DNA of 64,000 nt. It comes from Octopus vulgaris (lineage: Eukaryota). Below the pieces are notes generated by a model that saw only the letters and a program-made list of their open reading frames with translations, was not told the DNA's origin and ran no database searches. The DNA lies in assembly GCA_951406725.2 (NCBI GenBank), contig OX597827.1:37572001-37636000 (forward strand), written 5' to 3'. The position numbers and the translations under genes are program-made. Below are positions 27,180 to 41,077 of the stretch, piece by piece (within the stretch, counting starts at the first letter, position 1; each line of letters opens with the position of its first letter).

Positions 27180-28418
27180 TTAGGTTGTACTGAAAATAAT
27201 GGCCGCCCTAAGTGTTGTGTTTTGAAACGTAATCTTAATTATATTTCGTTATATTTTAGGTGAATTTCGACATGCTTAATAACTTTCTACTTATTTGAGA
27301 CAGAAAACATTCTCGAAGCATAGGTGCTCTTAATTATGAACACGACAAAAGAGGACCTTCGCTTACTTTTCTTGCATGAGTTCAAGCTTGGACACAATGC
27401 CTCCCAAACTGCTGCCAACATCAGCAGAGCATGGGGAGAGAAGTTCACAAGTGATCGCATAATACGAAGGCAGTTTCAGAAATTCCGTAGTGGTGATGAC
27501 TCTTGAAGATGAAAAAGGTAGAGGACGGGCATGCAGTCTTAACAATGAACAATTTGTTGGACGAAACCCACGTAAAAGTGTCAGAGAAATGTCTCAGGCA
27601 CTTAGTGTCGGTGTTGCAACGGTCTCACGTAGCCTGCAGAAGATTGGTACGGTGAAAAAGCTTGATAAATTGGTACCGCATGAGCTCAACGAAAACCAAA
27701 AAGTTCGGCATCTTGAAGTGTGCTCGATGTTCTATCTGCGAAACACCAATGATCCTTTTCTTGACCGAATAGTCACTTGTGATGAAAAGTGGACCCTTTA
27801 TGATAGCTGTAAACGATAGGTCAATGGCTTCATCGTGGTGGGTCCCTCAAACATTTCCCAAAGCCAAAGTTGCATCAGCAAAATATTATGATGACTGACT
27901 GGTGGTCTGCAATTGTTGTCCATTACAGCTTTCTGGAAGCCAATCAGAGCATTACAGCAGAGGTTTATCGCAATCAACTCACTGAAATGCATGCTCACTT
28001 TCAAAAAATGAGGCCTGCCGTGGTGAATCGGCGTGGCCTAATTCTGCTCCACGATAATGCAAAGCCACATGTTACAAGAATGACACTGCAGAAACTCAGA
28101 CTTGGGATACGAGACTTTACCACATCCTCCATATTCTCCTTACCTTTCACCCACTGACTACCATTTTTTAAAGCATTTAAACACGTTTTTAAGTGATAAA
28201 ACTCTTAGGTCGAAACCAAAGGTGGAATCAGCTTTCAAAGATTTCTTAGCATCAAAGCCAATAAGTTTTTATCAACGAGGCATACATTTTATCAACGATG
28301 GCAGAGATGCATAGATGTTCACGGCTTATACTTTGACTAATCAAAACATTTCTATTGTTAATTTTTCCAGAATAAAATTATGTATCTGAAATCGGCCATT
28401 ATTTTCGGGACAACCTAA
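27180..28418 (+). mobile_element. Full-length degenerate mariner (cecropia/Hsmar1-like)
   Basis: TIR ttaggttgtactgaaaataatggccg / cggccattattttcgggacaacctaa; broken transposase with FKLGHNA, VPHEL, RIVTCDEKW, LLHDNAKPH and HPPYSPYLSPTDYH. Confidence 0.92.
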
Positions 28419-28589
28419 AAGTAAGTAGGAATTGGTAAAATAAAACCATGAAGGTTGTATGAACAAATCAGTGACGGAAATAAGTAAAACAAAATAAATA
28501 AAATAATTAAAATAAAAAAAATTAAAAAGTAGTGTGTTTGCGTGTGTGAATATATATATATATATATATATATCTAAATTAATTGCACA

Positions 28590-29402
28590 AAAATGAAAAT
28601 AACACTGACATCTCATTTTAACAGATATATTTACCAAAATTACATTAAAATATCTCGAAACACTAAAGAGTAAATTTATTCAATAAAATCAACCACGGCC
28701 TCCAATCGACTTCGGAATCTCCTGCAACTCTTCTGGATGGTCTTCTTGTTTAAGTTAGTGAATGCTGCCATAATCCTTGCGTTCAGTTCATCTTTGATAT
28801 TATAAGGAGTTTTGTTGGTTTCTCGCTCAACTGCATCCCACACATAGTAATCAAGGGAATGGCAGTCTGGGGAATTAGGTGGCCAGATTTTAGGGGTGAT
28901 GTGGTCGCAGAAATTGTCTGACAGCCATGACTGCGTTCTTCTGCTTGTGTGGCATGGTACAGAGTCCTGTTGCCAGTCATAGAGTCTTCCAACAACCACT
29001 CTCTTGACCCAGAGCAGCACCACGTCTTCCAGGCACTTAATGTAGGCCTCCGTGTTTAGTCTGAGGCCGTTTGGGAAGATGAATGGAGGTGTAATATCGC
29101 CATCACTAGTAATCACTCCAAACAGCATGATGTTAACTGGATTGGTTGAGGACACGACAAGCCAAATGTTGTTCTGTGTGTTCACTAGCTGTTCGTATTG
29201 GAGATTCCGGCGCGAATGCCAGGTAGTACAATATGTCGTTTTCAAATTTCTGGCAGAGTGAATTGCGTCATAGTGCTGTTTTTCTCACATACGGTACTCA
29301 ACTGCCATTTCTATACTGTGTAATCGACAAAATCAAAAACAAACAATGCGCATGCGCAAAATTAAAAATATGAAATGGCGACAATTTACCCATCGCACCC
29401 TG
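28590..29402 (-). mobile_element. maT/DD37D Tc1-mariner element, internally deleted
   Basis: 5' TIR TA|cagggtgcgatggg; ORF 28676-29245 contains WQQDSVPCH...WPPNSPDCHSLDY with exactly 37 residues between the second and third Asp. Confidence 0.88.
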
Positions 29403-30184
29403 TATATACACATGTATGTATATATTTATGTATGTATATATTTATGTACGTTTATATGTATGTAAATATGTGTGTGTGTGTGTGTGTGTGTGCGCGATAC
29501 ATACACACACACAAACATATGTATATATGTATGTATACATGTATATATGTATGTAAGTATGTATGTGTGTGCGTATAGGTGTGTGAACGCGCGCGTGCGT
29601 GCGTGTATTTAGATAGTAAGTGAAATGACAACATAAAAAACATGCTTAATCTCGAAAGGATTATGAAATAAAATAGTAAACCCAACTTTGAAATGTTAAA
29701 GATCAACTTGTTATTATATAACAAACCTGGAATATTTCTTTCAGCATTTATCAGTATTTTCATGCTTCCAAGGCGTCGGTTTGCAAACATGGGCACTGCG
29801 ATGATGTCATTGAGTTTTATCTCCAACACCGTTTATTATCTGGAATAAAGTAAATCAACGAGATACATCCAAAATGTCGATACGTTGTGACATTTGGTTT
29901 CGTCATAGTAAGGATAGGATTGGATTTAGTTTACGCTGCAAAGTCCAGCGTTAGATTGGAACTAAGCACCATATGGTCACTATGTGTCTGTGTGAATCTG
30001 CTCGTGTTTATGTGCGCGCACTCATTTGTGTATGGTTGATTATAACTTTTACTTCATCTGCTTCGAACGTATGAATAAAGAAATTATATTCGTTGAATAT
30101 AGCCTGGCGACTGTCTGTTAGACACAAAACTAACATTATCTGTACATTTTTGTACTGTCGCTGCATTGTCTTTGTATTAATTTT

Positions 30185-30395
30185 TTCTTTATTAAGTCAT
30201 TGGATTGCAGCCACACTGTGCACCGCCTTGAAGTGTTTTAGTCGAAAAACTTGACTCAAGTACCTATGTTTGTTTTCTTTCATGTCTGATACTCATTCTC
30301 TCGGTTTCCTTTGCCGAACCGCTAGGTCATCCAGACGTAAACAGATCAACACTGGTTGTCAAGTGGTGGCAAGTTAGGTGACAAGCACAAACACA
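30185..30395 (-). mobile_element. SINE family A, 3' part (old)
   Basis: caccgccttgaagtgttttagtcg...ttgccgaaccgctag...ggttgtcaagtgg. Confidence 0.65.
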
Positions 30396-30416
30396 AGGTC
30401 ATACGCACACATAAAC

Positions 30417-30449
<33 letters not shown>

Positions 30450-30499
30450 TGTATGTATGTATGTATGTATGTATGTATGTATGTATTATGTATGTAAGT

Positions 30500-31023
30500 A
30501 TGTAGTGGGCACGTGAAAGCAGTGTAATGAATTAAACAAACTTTTAGATCAGTTCAAGTATGTTTGCGATATGTTTGCTCTATGAAAAGGCCATTTTCTC
30601 TGCGCTTTGCGTGGAGAAAACTCTCACTTTAGGCAGCAGTGTTAAAACTAATAATCAACTGAGGGTACCCTTTGTAGATCGATGAACGCATTTCTAGCTA
30701 CTGACAGACAATCATGAGATAACTTTGGAAGCCATAACTTCTTTATAAGCAATTAGCAGATATTATCTACTGCCCACTACATGTTCGTTTCTGACCTAGC
30801 GGCGTCATACGTCGTCTGTAGATCGTTCCTACAAATCTATGGCTTACCAAGTCAACTTAGGGTTGTCTCCCTATTAGTATATAGTGTTGACGATACGCAT
30901 GTAGCTAGAAATGCATTCAGCAGTTTACGGAAAACGCCCTGGAGAATTTTCTCCATAGTAAATCGCAATGAACATGTCATTTTTGCAGGTCAAATATGTC
31001 AGAAACATATTTGAACTAATCTA
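30500..31023. mobile_element. Diverged palindromic (fold-back) element
   Basis: Colinear inverted blocks 30545-30577/30991-31023, 30612/30942, 30684/30901 and 30725/30838, centred near 30780. Confidence 0.65.
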
Positions 31024-31198
31024 GATATAGATATATATTTCAAAATTCAAAATTCAAATAAATTATCATTATCTTTAAAAATAATGAAAAAGTGGCCAGA
31101 AAACATAACCAAATAGGCAAAATATGCAAAATATATATAAAACGCCTGGGTATAATATGCACCTGTATAATATGCACCCTTCAAAGCTATGCATCTTT

Positions 31199-31450
31199 CA
31201 CTATATGTAAACAATCACGGAGAATGTAGCAAATATACTAAAAAAAAACAACAACCGTCCTCTGAAAAACTACAAATAGATGCGCACGGAATGGTAGATA
31301 TGTTTTTTAAAATAGTTTACGTAGTAAGTCTAGCTAATGAGCTTTAAGTGTCTTTAGCGCAGAAAGTGAATTCAATTGATACTGGAATATCTACTCTCCT
31401 ATGTTTTTTAGTACATTTGCTACATTCTCCGTGCGTGTTTACACATAGTG
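31199..31450. mobile_element. CAC-terminated MITE (Transib/CMC-like) with ~47 bp TIRs
   Basis: cactatatgtaaacaatcacggagaatgtagcaaatatactaaaaaa versus ttttttagtacatttgctacattctccgtgcgtgtttacacatagtg; no TSD visible. Confidence 0.65.
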
Positions 31451-31502
31451 AGTGTTTTAACTCTTCTTTCTAGCAAATAGGTGCATATTGTACCCTGACT
31501 TG

Positions 31503-31559
<57 letters not shown>

Positions 31560-31564
31560 TATGC

Positions 31565-31937
31565 GTCGAGTGGCTGTGAGGTAAGAAGCTTGTTTTCCAA
31601 CCACATGGTTCGGAGGTCAGTCCCACTGCGTGACACCTTGGGCAAGTGTCTTCTGCTATAGACTCGAGCCGATCAAAGCCTTGTGAATGGATTTGAAAGA
31701 CGGAAACTGAAAAGAAGCCCGTCGTAAATATGTATATAAATGTCTGTGTGTGTGCGTCTTTGCGTCTGTGTTTGTCCCTCCACCCCTTGATGACCAATGC
31801 TGGTGTGTTTACGTCCCTGTAACTTAGCAATTCGGCAAAAGAATCATTAAAAAAAGTAGAGGTCGATACATTTGTCTGCAAATCCTTCAAGGTGGTACCC
31901 CAGCATGGTCGTCGTCTCATGACTGAAAGAAGTAAAA
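31565..31937 (+). mobile_element. SINE family A, near full length
   Basis: Colinear with the family; followed immediately by an inverted 5' part at 31955-32110. Confidence 0.8.
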
Positions 31938-32701
31938 TACACACACACACACACACGACGGGCTTCCATACATTATCGTCTACAAAATTCATTCACAAGA
32001 CATTGGACGGTTCGAGACGATAGTAAAGATACTTGCCCAAGGCACCATGCAGTGGGACTGAAACCGAAACCACATGGTTACAAAGCAAGCTTCTTAACCA
32101 GACAGTCATATTTGATTTCAGATATTTTCCACACAATGCCAGTTTGAACAACAGTACCTGTGACATATATAGTAGCATTGAAATATGTATAATGAAAAAA
32201 GGAATTTTCCACATGGATCAGACAAATACACTTGCTGAGCGACTTCTGGAATACAAGTCAATCTGTCGCTATATTCTATATTGTCTGGTTAATCTCATTG
32301 CATCGTATAATTATGTACATAGTATTGCGAGCCAGCAAGGGAGCCTCTGTGTGATCACTCGACATATAAAAATAGGAACCTATAATACCTCAAATTACAC
32401 CTTACCATCTCAGAAAGATATAAATGTGAGTGCCAAATTAGCAATTCACGAGCAACATCAACACTTTTTTTCTGTTGCCTCAGGTATTCATTGGCTCCGA
32501 ATATTTGCATATTTAGTTGCACAGACGCACACACAGAGATATAAACAAAAACAAAACTCAGATATATGTGCGTGAGTGCGTGAGTGTGTGAATGTGTGTG
32601 TGTGGGGGGGTGCGTGTGTGTAGAAGTACTACGGAATGGCAGTGTATATTATATTTATATACATACATACATACATACATACATACATACATACATACAT
32701 A

Positions 32702-33497
<796 letters not shown>

Positions 33498-35027
33498 TCT
33501 GAGCAACAAAATCTTAACCATACTGTCATGTCTGTACTTATATTTAAGGAATGTATAGTAAATTATGTGTATATGATAGATAGATTGAGAGCGAGAGAGA
33601 GAGAGAGACATGTAAGTGTGTGTATATGTATACATATACATGCATACATTAATACGTACGTGTTTATGTCTACATAAACTATGTGGACATGTAGCTTACT
33701 TTCCCATTCCATAATTATGTCGATTTACCGCCACTGTTTCTTAAATCATGTGATGAAACGCTATAGAGATCGATAATCCTTTTGTTAAACTATCAGCCTT
33801 TTACTATGTGGTCAATGCATCACCCCACGTAACTCATTTTGCACTCACTCTGACATTCACTGACCGTGTAAGATTGGCTCCCTACGGTAGTTTGGAAACA
33901 CTTAAACAAATATTACTATATAATGTTTGTCTTCTAATTGATGCTTAGATAAACAAATACAGGAGACTGGGACAGCTCACACCTAGCATTCGTTGAGAAT
34001 TTTTTTTATATTGAAACAGTGACAAAATAAACAAGGATCCAACTATTGTTTAAAATATTCATACTATTCTAACATAAATTGAAGCTTCGCAGAAAATTTA
34101 GAGATTTGACTGCCACTTAGATTGATCCCAGGACATTAGTGGTACTTTATTTTACCGATATTGGAAGAAAGAAAAGGCAAAGTCAAACTCGGTGCTATTT
34201 GAGATATGCATAGCTAAATACCGCATGCTATTTGACTTGTCACTCATCCGATTTTGCCAGCTTATCACTGTCATCAGTTCAAAATATTGAATAGCCCTCA
34301 GTACATAACTGTTGTTTTCTTCTCTTAAATTGGCCACAAGAGGATGGAACGTAAAGTTTATCAGTGCAAGATTTGAACACCGATTGTACTGCAAGGTATT
34401 TTATAGAACGTTCTATCCACTTTGTCAGCCACCATTTTCAATAAAAAGAAATATGGAGTTCAGTTCACATTAACACGAGACAGAATTTGTAGCCCTACAG
34501 CAAAATATAACAGACTTTGTTCAACACAAGGAGAATGCTTTCGTTAATGAATAAAATGTACAAAAAACACTAGAACAAACTAAATTTAATACCACCAAAA
34601 GTAATTTTAACGTTCTCAACTAAGTGTTAAAGAAACAAGGCTAAACAAAAGCACAAGAAAATTAACTATTATATTTAGAATACACTACCCAAAAATCTGA
34701 CAGAAAATGGAGCTGGATTTTACTCCCCAAGTTTCCTAAAGTAAAAAGTATATGTATAAAGGAACACGAAATGTATATGTCCTCATACTACATGCATATA
34801 TTACAATTACACTCTTTTTCGCATAATGATACTATCACAATAGACACGTATAATACACAGCGTAAAAATATTCCGATATAACGGTATCTTTAGATTACAA
34901 AAGACGCGCGAATTAAAAAAGATACACACTTTAGTGCAAAAGGATATCATTTAGTGTAATAGAACTTTTCAAATGAAAAAAAATGCATAACGGAAGAAAA
35001 TATAAATAAAACTAATAATTTTATATA

Positions 35028-35688
35028 CAGATAAGGGAATAATTGTATTCTCAAATGCAGGATAATGCTAATAATATAACATGAACAGGATAAGCTATCC
35101 ATATTTGGCAGAAAAAGCTGTCGGCGTCCAGCCATGAGACTCCAACTCATATCCCTGTGGGCTGGCCGCCGACAGATTTTTCTGCAAAATATGGATAGTT
35201 TATCCTGTTCATGCTATATTATTAACATTATTCTGCATTTGAGAATAAAATTATTGGATCTTTTCGGTTTGAACGGCAGTTTTTAACATAATTTCTAGGT
35301 AACTAAAAAATTTTAAACTTCGTATACTGGTAGAATGTGTTTATAAAACATCTTTTTCTCTTGACTTTATTGAGAAAATTCTATAGTTTGTAAGCTATTT
35401 GTTGTTTTTTTCTTCAATTTCTGCAATTTCAACCAATCAGTGACGTCTATTGAGTTAAAAAGCATTCTGTGCCTTATGAATATGTCCCTCGTTTAAGAAA
35501 CAGATTGGGTTTATTTACATTTGTGAAGAAAAAAAGATGCCCTTCCCCCACCCCTAACCCTAACCCTAAAAGAGATTGAAATGCAATAGATCGATTCTAG
35601 AGTCATAATTATGGATGACAATTTCATATGACACCGCTAGAAAAAACTGCCGTTCAAACCGAAAAGATCCAAATTATTTCCTTATCTG
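35028..35688. mobile_element. Palindromic MITE with TA TSD, interrupted by a Merlin-like MITE
   Basis: TA|cagataagggaataa...ttatttccttatctg|TA; ~105 bp arms around a ~26 nt spacer once 35256-35678 is removed. Confidence 0.85.
35256..35670. mobile_element. Merlin-like MITE, copy 1
   Basis: Perfect 29-bp TIR GGATCTTTTCGGTTTGAACGGCAGTTTTT; 8-bp TSD aaattatt; internal (CCCTAA)3. Confidence 0.9.
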
Positions 35689-36107
35689 TATCTCAACGCT
35701 TCTAAAGCAAACTTTGTAAGTTGACTTTCAGCGTAAGTTGAATTTAACAAATTTATGTACGGAAGCATGAAAAAACAACAACAACAAATGACACAAAATT
35801 AAATCCCAAGGACCCAAGGAATAAATAAATTTAATATAGGAACAGGAAAAAATAAGTTTGACTATCATTGTGAGTACGCGTGTGTATGTATGTGAGTGTC
35901 TGTGTGTGTGTATCTAAGTATGTATGTATGCTGACATACATACACATACGTACGTACATACATACATACATACATACATACATACACACAAACACACACA
36001 TACATACATACATACTTACATACATACATGAATACATACATACATGCGTGTGTATGTATAGTGGAAACTGATTTGTACATCAATATAACCAAGGTAAATC
36101 AATTGTC

Positions 36108-36524
36108 GGATCTTTTCGGTTTGAACGGCAGTTTTTTAAAATAATTTCCATGTAACTAAACACTTTTAAACTTCGTATACTGGTAGAATGTGTTTATAAA
36201 ACATCTTTTCTCTTGGCTTTATTGAGAAAATTCTATAGTTTGTAAGATATTTGTTGTTTTTTTCTTCAATTTCTGCAATTTCAACCAATCAAATACGTCT
36301 ATTGAGGTAAAAAAAACATTCTGTGCCGTTTGAATATGTCCCTCGTTTAAGAAACAGATTGGGTTTATTTACATTTGTGAAGAAAAAAAGATATCCTTCC
36401 CCCACCCCTAACCCTAACCCTAAAAGAGATTGAAATGCAATAGATCGATTCTAGGGTCATAATTATGGGTGACAATTTCATATGACACCGCTAGAAAAAA
36501 CTGCCGTTCAAACCGAAAAGATCC
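36108..36524. mobile_element. Merlin-like MITE, copy 2
   Basis: Same TIR; different 8-bp TSD caattgtc; about 95% identical to copy 1 by eye. Confidence 0.9.
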
Positions 36525-36792
36525 CAATTGTCTCTACAACAGACACGGCTGTCACAAATCTACGAGGGTATTCTCTCAGAAATTCTCATCTACGAACGTC
36601 TAAATTCAAGCAGATTCATAATCTACCGACCTATTATCACAAATGATAGATGTTCATTTTTGAATGAAAAAAATAAAACGCATTTGCAGAAGATCAGAAT
36701 GGATAAATGGATACCACAAAGTGTCATAAAGATCTTTTAGAAAACAACAAAACCATGACTAATGATCGTAAAAAGAGGGGGGGTGTAAACGA

Positions 36793-37120
36793 TCTATGTA
36801 ATAATCCGCTTGTTCGTTCGCCCGTTAAACATTAGGTAGTTAAAGAAGTGGGGGTGGAGTAAGAGTGAGAGAGAAAGAGGAGAAGTGAAGAAAGAAGAGA
36901 GGGAGAAGTAGAGACAAGTGATTAATATTCATACACGTAGGCCAAATTGTCACGTGGTCAGCTGAAGGTAGAGGCGAAGAACGAGAGGAAAAAATGACGA
37001 GAGAAAAAGAGGGATAGAGAAATGTTAACGACGTGCGGTGGGGAGGGGAAGGAATACTTATTACGTGGTTAAAAAGTAAACTGAAGGGAAAAGTAGATAG
37101 AGATGGACAGGGGAGGTAAT

Positions 37121-37161
<41 letters not shown>

Positions 37162-37320
37162 GAGTGAGAGAGAGAAGCAGATAGTAGTGGTGGTGATGGT
37201 GGTGGTGGTGGTGGTGGTGGTGGTGTGTTGATAGTGAAAAGTATTTTTTTTAGTGAACTAAATCTTTTTTATAGTGACTATCTTTTAAAGCAAGCGCATA
37301 AGTGCAATTATTTATCGTCT
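36793..37320 (+). mobile_element. Non-autonomous Helitron, 5' part
   Basis: A|TCTATGTAATAAT 5' terminus; GA/GGT tracts and a block homologous to the Helitron at 23494-24490. Confidence 0.5.
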
Positions 37321-37887
37321 GCTCGCTTAAAAATTGATATTTGTTTATAAGGGTTAATTTAGCCTAAACTCTGGATTCACAAGAAACACGTTTGCAAACT
37401 GCCCGAGGGAGGATGCGCAGATATAGAGCACGGATCAGAGAGGAACGGTGAGAAAATATAATAAAAAGAGGTAAAAGACAAAACCGACGGAGACACGAGA
37501 AAATGAATGTAGACGTCAAGAATATTTAAAGAAAGCTAAACTATGAATGCTATAAAAATGCAAATCATCGTTTCTTTCTGGCAACAGGAGGAAGCCAACC
37601 AGCTTTATAAAATATGCCTCAAAGTCTTCCGCCTGACCATGCGAGTATGGATAAATGGACGTTAAAACTATTATGATTTTGCTTGGAAATAAGTGAGGCT
37701 TCGCAACAGAAAGAACATCTGGCCTTAGATAAATCAGCCTCAATGAATTTTGTCTGAAGGTCATTTAGCTGTTCAAATATGAAAAAAAAAATCACATGCC
37801 CTCAATGAAGTTTTGCTTGACCCTTGCACACATGGACACACAGACGTGATGATGATATTAATGAGAACAATATTAATAATGACGATA

Positions 37888-38297
37888 AGTGGCTGTGTGG
37901 TAAGTAGCTTGCTAACCAACCACATGGTTCCGGGTTCAGTCCCACTGCGTGGCATCTTGGGCAAGTGTCTTCTACTATAGCCCCGGGCCGACCAATGCCT
38001 TGTGAGTGGATTTGGTAGACGGAAACTGAAAGAAGCCGGTCGTATATATGTATATATATGTATGTGTGTGTGTGTGAGTTTGTGTGTCTGTGTTTGTCCC
38101 CCTAGCATTGCTTCACAACCGATGCTGATGTGTTCACGTCCCCGTCACTTAGCGGTTCGGCAAAAGAGACCGATAGAATAAGTACTGGGCTTACAAAGAA
38201 TAAGTCCCGGGGTCGATTTGCTCGACTAAAGGCGGTGCTCCAGCATGGCCGCAGTCAAATGACTGAAACAAGTAAAAGAGTAAAGAGTAAAAGAGTA
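37888..38297 (+). mobile_element. SINE family A, young subfamily
   Basis: Near-complete copy; about 95% identical to 41507-41921. Confidence 0.92.
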
Positions 38298-38405
38298 TAC
38301 ATATATATATTTGCATGAGTGTATATATATATATGTGTGTGTATGTGTGTGTGTGTGTATACATATACACACACAAACATATATACATGTATATAATGTA
38401 TATAT

Positions 38406-38455
<50 letters not shown>

Positions 38456-38694
38456 ATCTTTTCCGTTCTGTGGAATTTCCACAGGTCCCACTAGTATTGA
38501 ATGATTATCAGAAAGTTCTTAAAACCGTTCCGCACTTATAGGCACATTAATATTGAGTAAAGTTGCAGCAGTAACAAGTAGGGATATCATATATGCCAGA
38601 AGTAAACGAAAAATGATTTTACAGATTTAAACAAAAGGACTTGTAAAAATTAAACTTTCCATATCAGAAGTCGTCGGTGATCTTTTCATTTTCT

Positions 38695-39095
38695 TTACTT
38701 TCGTGTTGCCTCAAGCATTCTTCCGTCCCTACTCGTTTCCAACTCCTCCTTCGTCACAAGACGGTTTCTTGCTAAGCATTTAGGGCCGAGGACAAGATAA
38801 TATCTTTTACTATTTCCAGGGCTGCGACAAGCGATGCTTTTGGAACAGCAGCCTCCGAGATCTGTAGTTACTGGTTTTGCTGTTGCCTTTTCTGGTGCAT
38901 TTCTTTTACTCCATCGGGAGAGAAGAAACCTTAAACGGTTTTTACTGTCACACATGTAAAATCTGATCTTTTTCCCTGCCCCGCCAGTCATTATTAGCTC
39001 TTGAATTGTTATATGGTCCTCAAAAGTCATTAGGGTTGTATATCCATATACATCCCATTTGAGCACCTGACACTTGTAATCAGGTGGGATGTGTA
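38695..39095 (-). mobile_element. Possible decayed L1/Tx1 ORF1 fragment
   Basis: TIQELI...GKKIRFYMCDSKNRL loosely parallels the ORF1 knuckle regions at 22100 and 48960. Confidence 0.25.
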
Positions 39096-40959
39096 TGAAT
39101 ATAGATATATCAAATATGCTTATCTTTTATCTCTCCTTTCACTGGTTTCGATTATTGGATTGTGGCCATGCTTGGGCACGGCTTTGAGGAGTTTAGTCGA
39201 ACAAATCAACCTCAGCACTTATTTTTAAGTCTGGTACTTATTCGATCGGTTTCTTGTACGAAACATTTAAGTTACGGGGATTAACCAAATCAGTACCGAT
39301 AATCAAGCTGGTTGGGAGTGACAGACACAAAGACACATACACACAGACACATAGATGCCCGCGATTTCTATAGAACCAGATTTCTGTTAAAACCCCAGGA
39401 GGAACAACTTCACCACGACGACTATTATTATTACTGCTGTTAGTTATTCGACCGCTACAGCCGACTCCTATAGCAAACAAGTTTTAATCACACTACTTAA
39501 TTTACTATCACAGATAGTAGTAATTTGCCGTCACAGACAATACCACTGGTCATGCAACGAAAATTAATGGAAATTACCACGTGCCCTTGCAGAAAAAAGG
39601 AAAGTAAACTATGAATGTTTATTTTAATTTTAATTTTTATTTTATTTTATTAATAGCTCTTTTCTCTCTACATATCCCATATTAGTACATATTTTTGATA
39701 AGGTTTTTCAAAAACTGAAACATGTAAAACAAAAACAAAAACATTCTTCTTTTAATGTATACGACGGGCTTCCACACAATTTCCATCAACTAGATTCAAT
39801 CGCAAGGCATTGGTCAGCTGGAGACTATAGTAGAAGACACTTGTTCAAAGTGCCGCACTATGGAACTGAATACGAAACCACGTTGTTGCGATGTGAGATT
39901 CTTAACCACACCGCTATGTCTGCACCGGTGCTGGTAATATTAAAAAAAATTTTTTAATTCAAACAAAAGAGGAATAGTACAAACGAAAGTTGTAGAATAT
40001 TACAAAGATACTCCCTTTTCCACTCCTTTTCAGATGAGTGATAACTCATGTAATTAATATATCAAGCCAGGCGAAATACAGATACATGTACTGCCGAACG
40101 AAAACTATCTTGAGTATACGATGCATAAATGAGGTAGAAATAATACACCACTTTCAATTGTTAAAGGACATGCTTGGAAAAATTAGTCCAGACGCAATTA
40201 GATTATTACTTAAACTGAGTTAAATGTCAAACATGAAGCGATATGTATGAATCATATGGATTTTCCAGTAATAAGGTAGAGTTATAACTAGCGGTTATCT
40301 GAACTAGTGGTTAAGTGAATTCACATGACTGGATTAGTAAGCATGGAAATCAATACAAATTAATACAAAACAGGAAAAAGAGAACTGGCTTCCGTATCCA
40401 GAGACTTGAAAAATATGATATATAAAGCAGAGGCTGAAGTCACAGCCAGCAGTGCAGAGAAAAGAAAAACAACAAAAACTTATAAAGATATAGTCACTAA
40501 ATTGAAAATTGGATTATAAAATGTCATGTTGAGACAAAACACTAAATTAGCAACACACACAGTTAGGTAAAACAATGGGGAAGACTAAGTAAAGACAAGG
40601 CCAAGTGGAAGTGGATAAAGCAACAATTCAATACTGATACATGAAGCAGGGGACCTAAAACTGAAACCAGAGTTTTGCACCAGGAAGTGCAAGATCTCCA
40701 CCTTTCACCCAACCTATTCTCTGCTTCTTGCTTGGTCTCAACCACCGGCTCTTCAACCTCCTCACACACACCAAAAACCACAAACTCAGCCCCCTCCTCC
40801 TCAACCACTCTCCTCCCCTCTCACTCCACCTCACCTCTTCCTTTCCTGCCCATACCCTCCCACCTCTTCTCGCACTCCACCCCTTCACTCCAGCCCTTTC
40901 CCTCACACTTCCACCCTCCCTTTCCCTCAACACTGTGCATCTCCCCCTTCACCACCCAC

Positions 40960-41077
40960 ACCACTTCATACACTGTAGTCACTATATCACCCGGCTTTTC
41001 CCTTTCCTTCCCCTCTCCGTATGAAGGTTCGCTCCTCAGTAAGGGTCTCTGTTTCGTACCTCTCACACCCCACTGCA
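40960..41077 (+). mobile_element. Penelope-like element N-terminal fragment
   Basis: VVTIS...YEGSLLSKGLCFVP matches the conserved E..LLSKGL.F.P motif upstream of the PLE reverse transcriptase. Confidence 0.5.

Noticed and set aside
32033-32575. 180-aa ORF
   Set aside because: It starts in an antisense SINE and runs through decayed repeats; no domain recognised.
35552-35569. Telomeric (CCCTAA)3 as a chromosome end or fusion scar
   Set aside because: It is an internal part of the MITE and present in both copies.
37888-37950. tRNA-like A/B boxes
   Set aside because: These are SINE heads without a complete cloverleaf, not tRNA genes.
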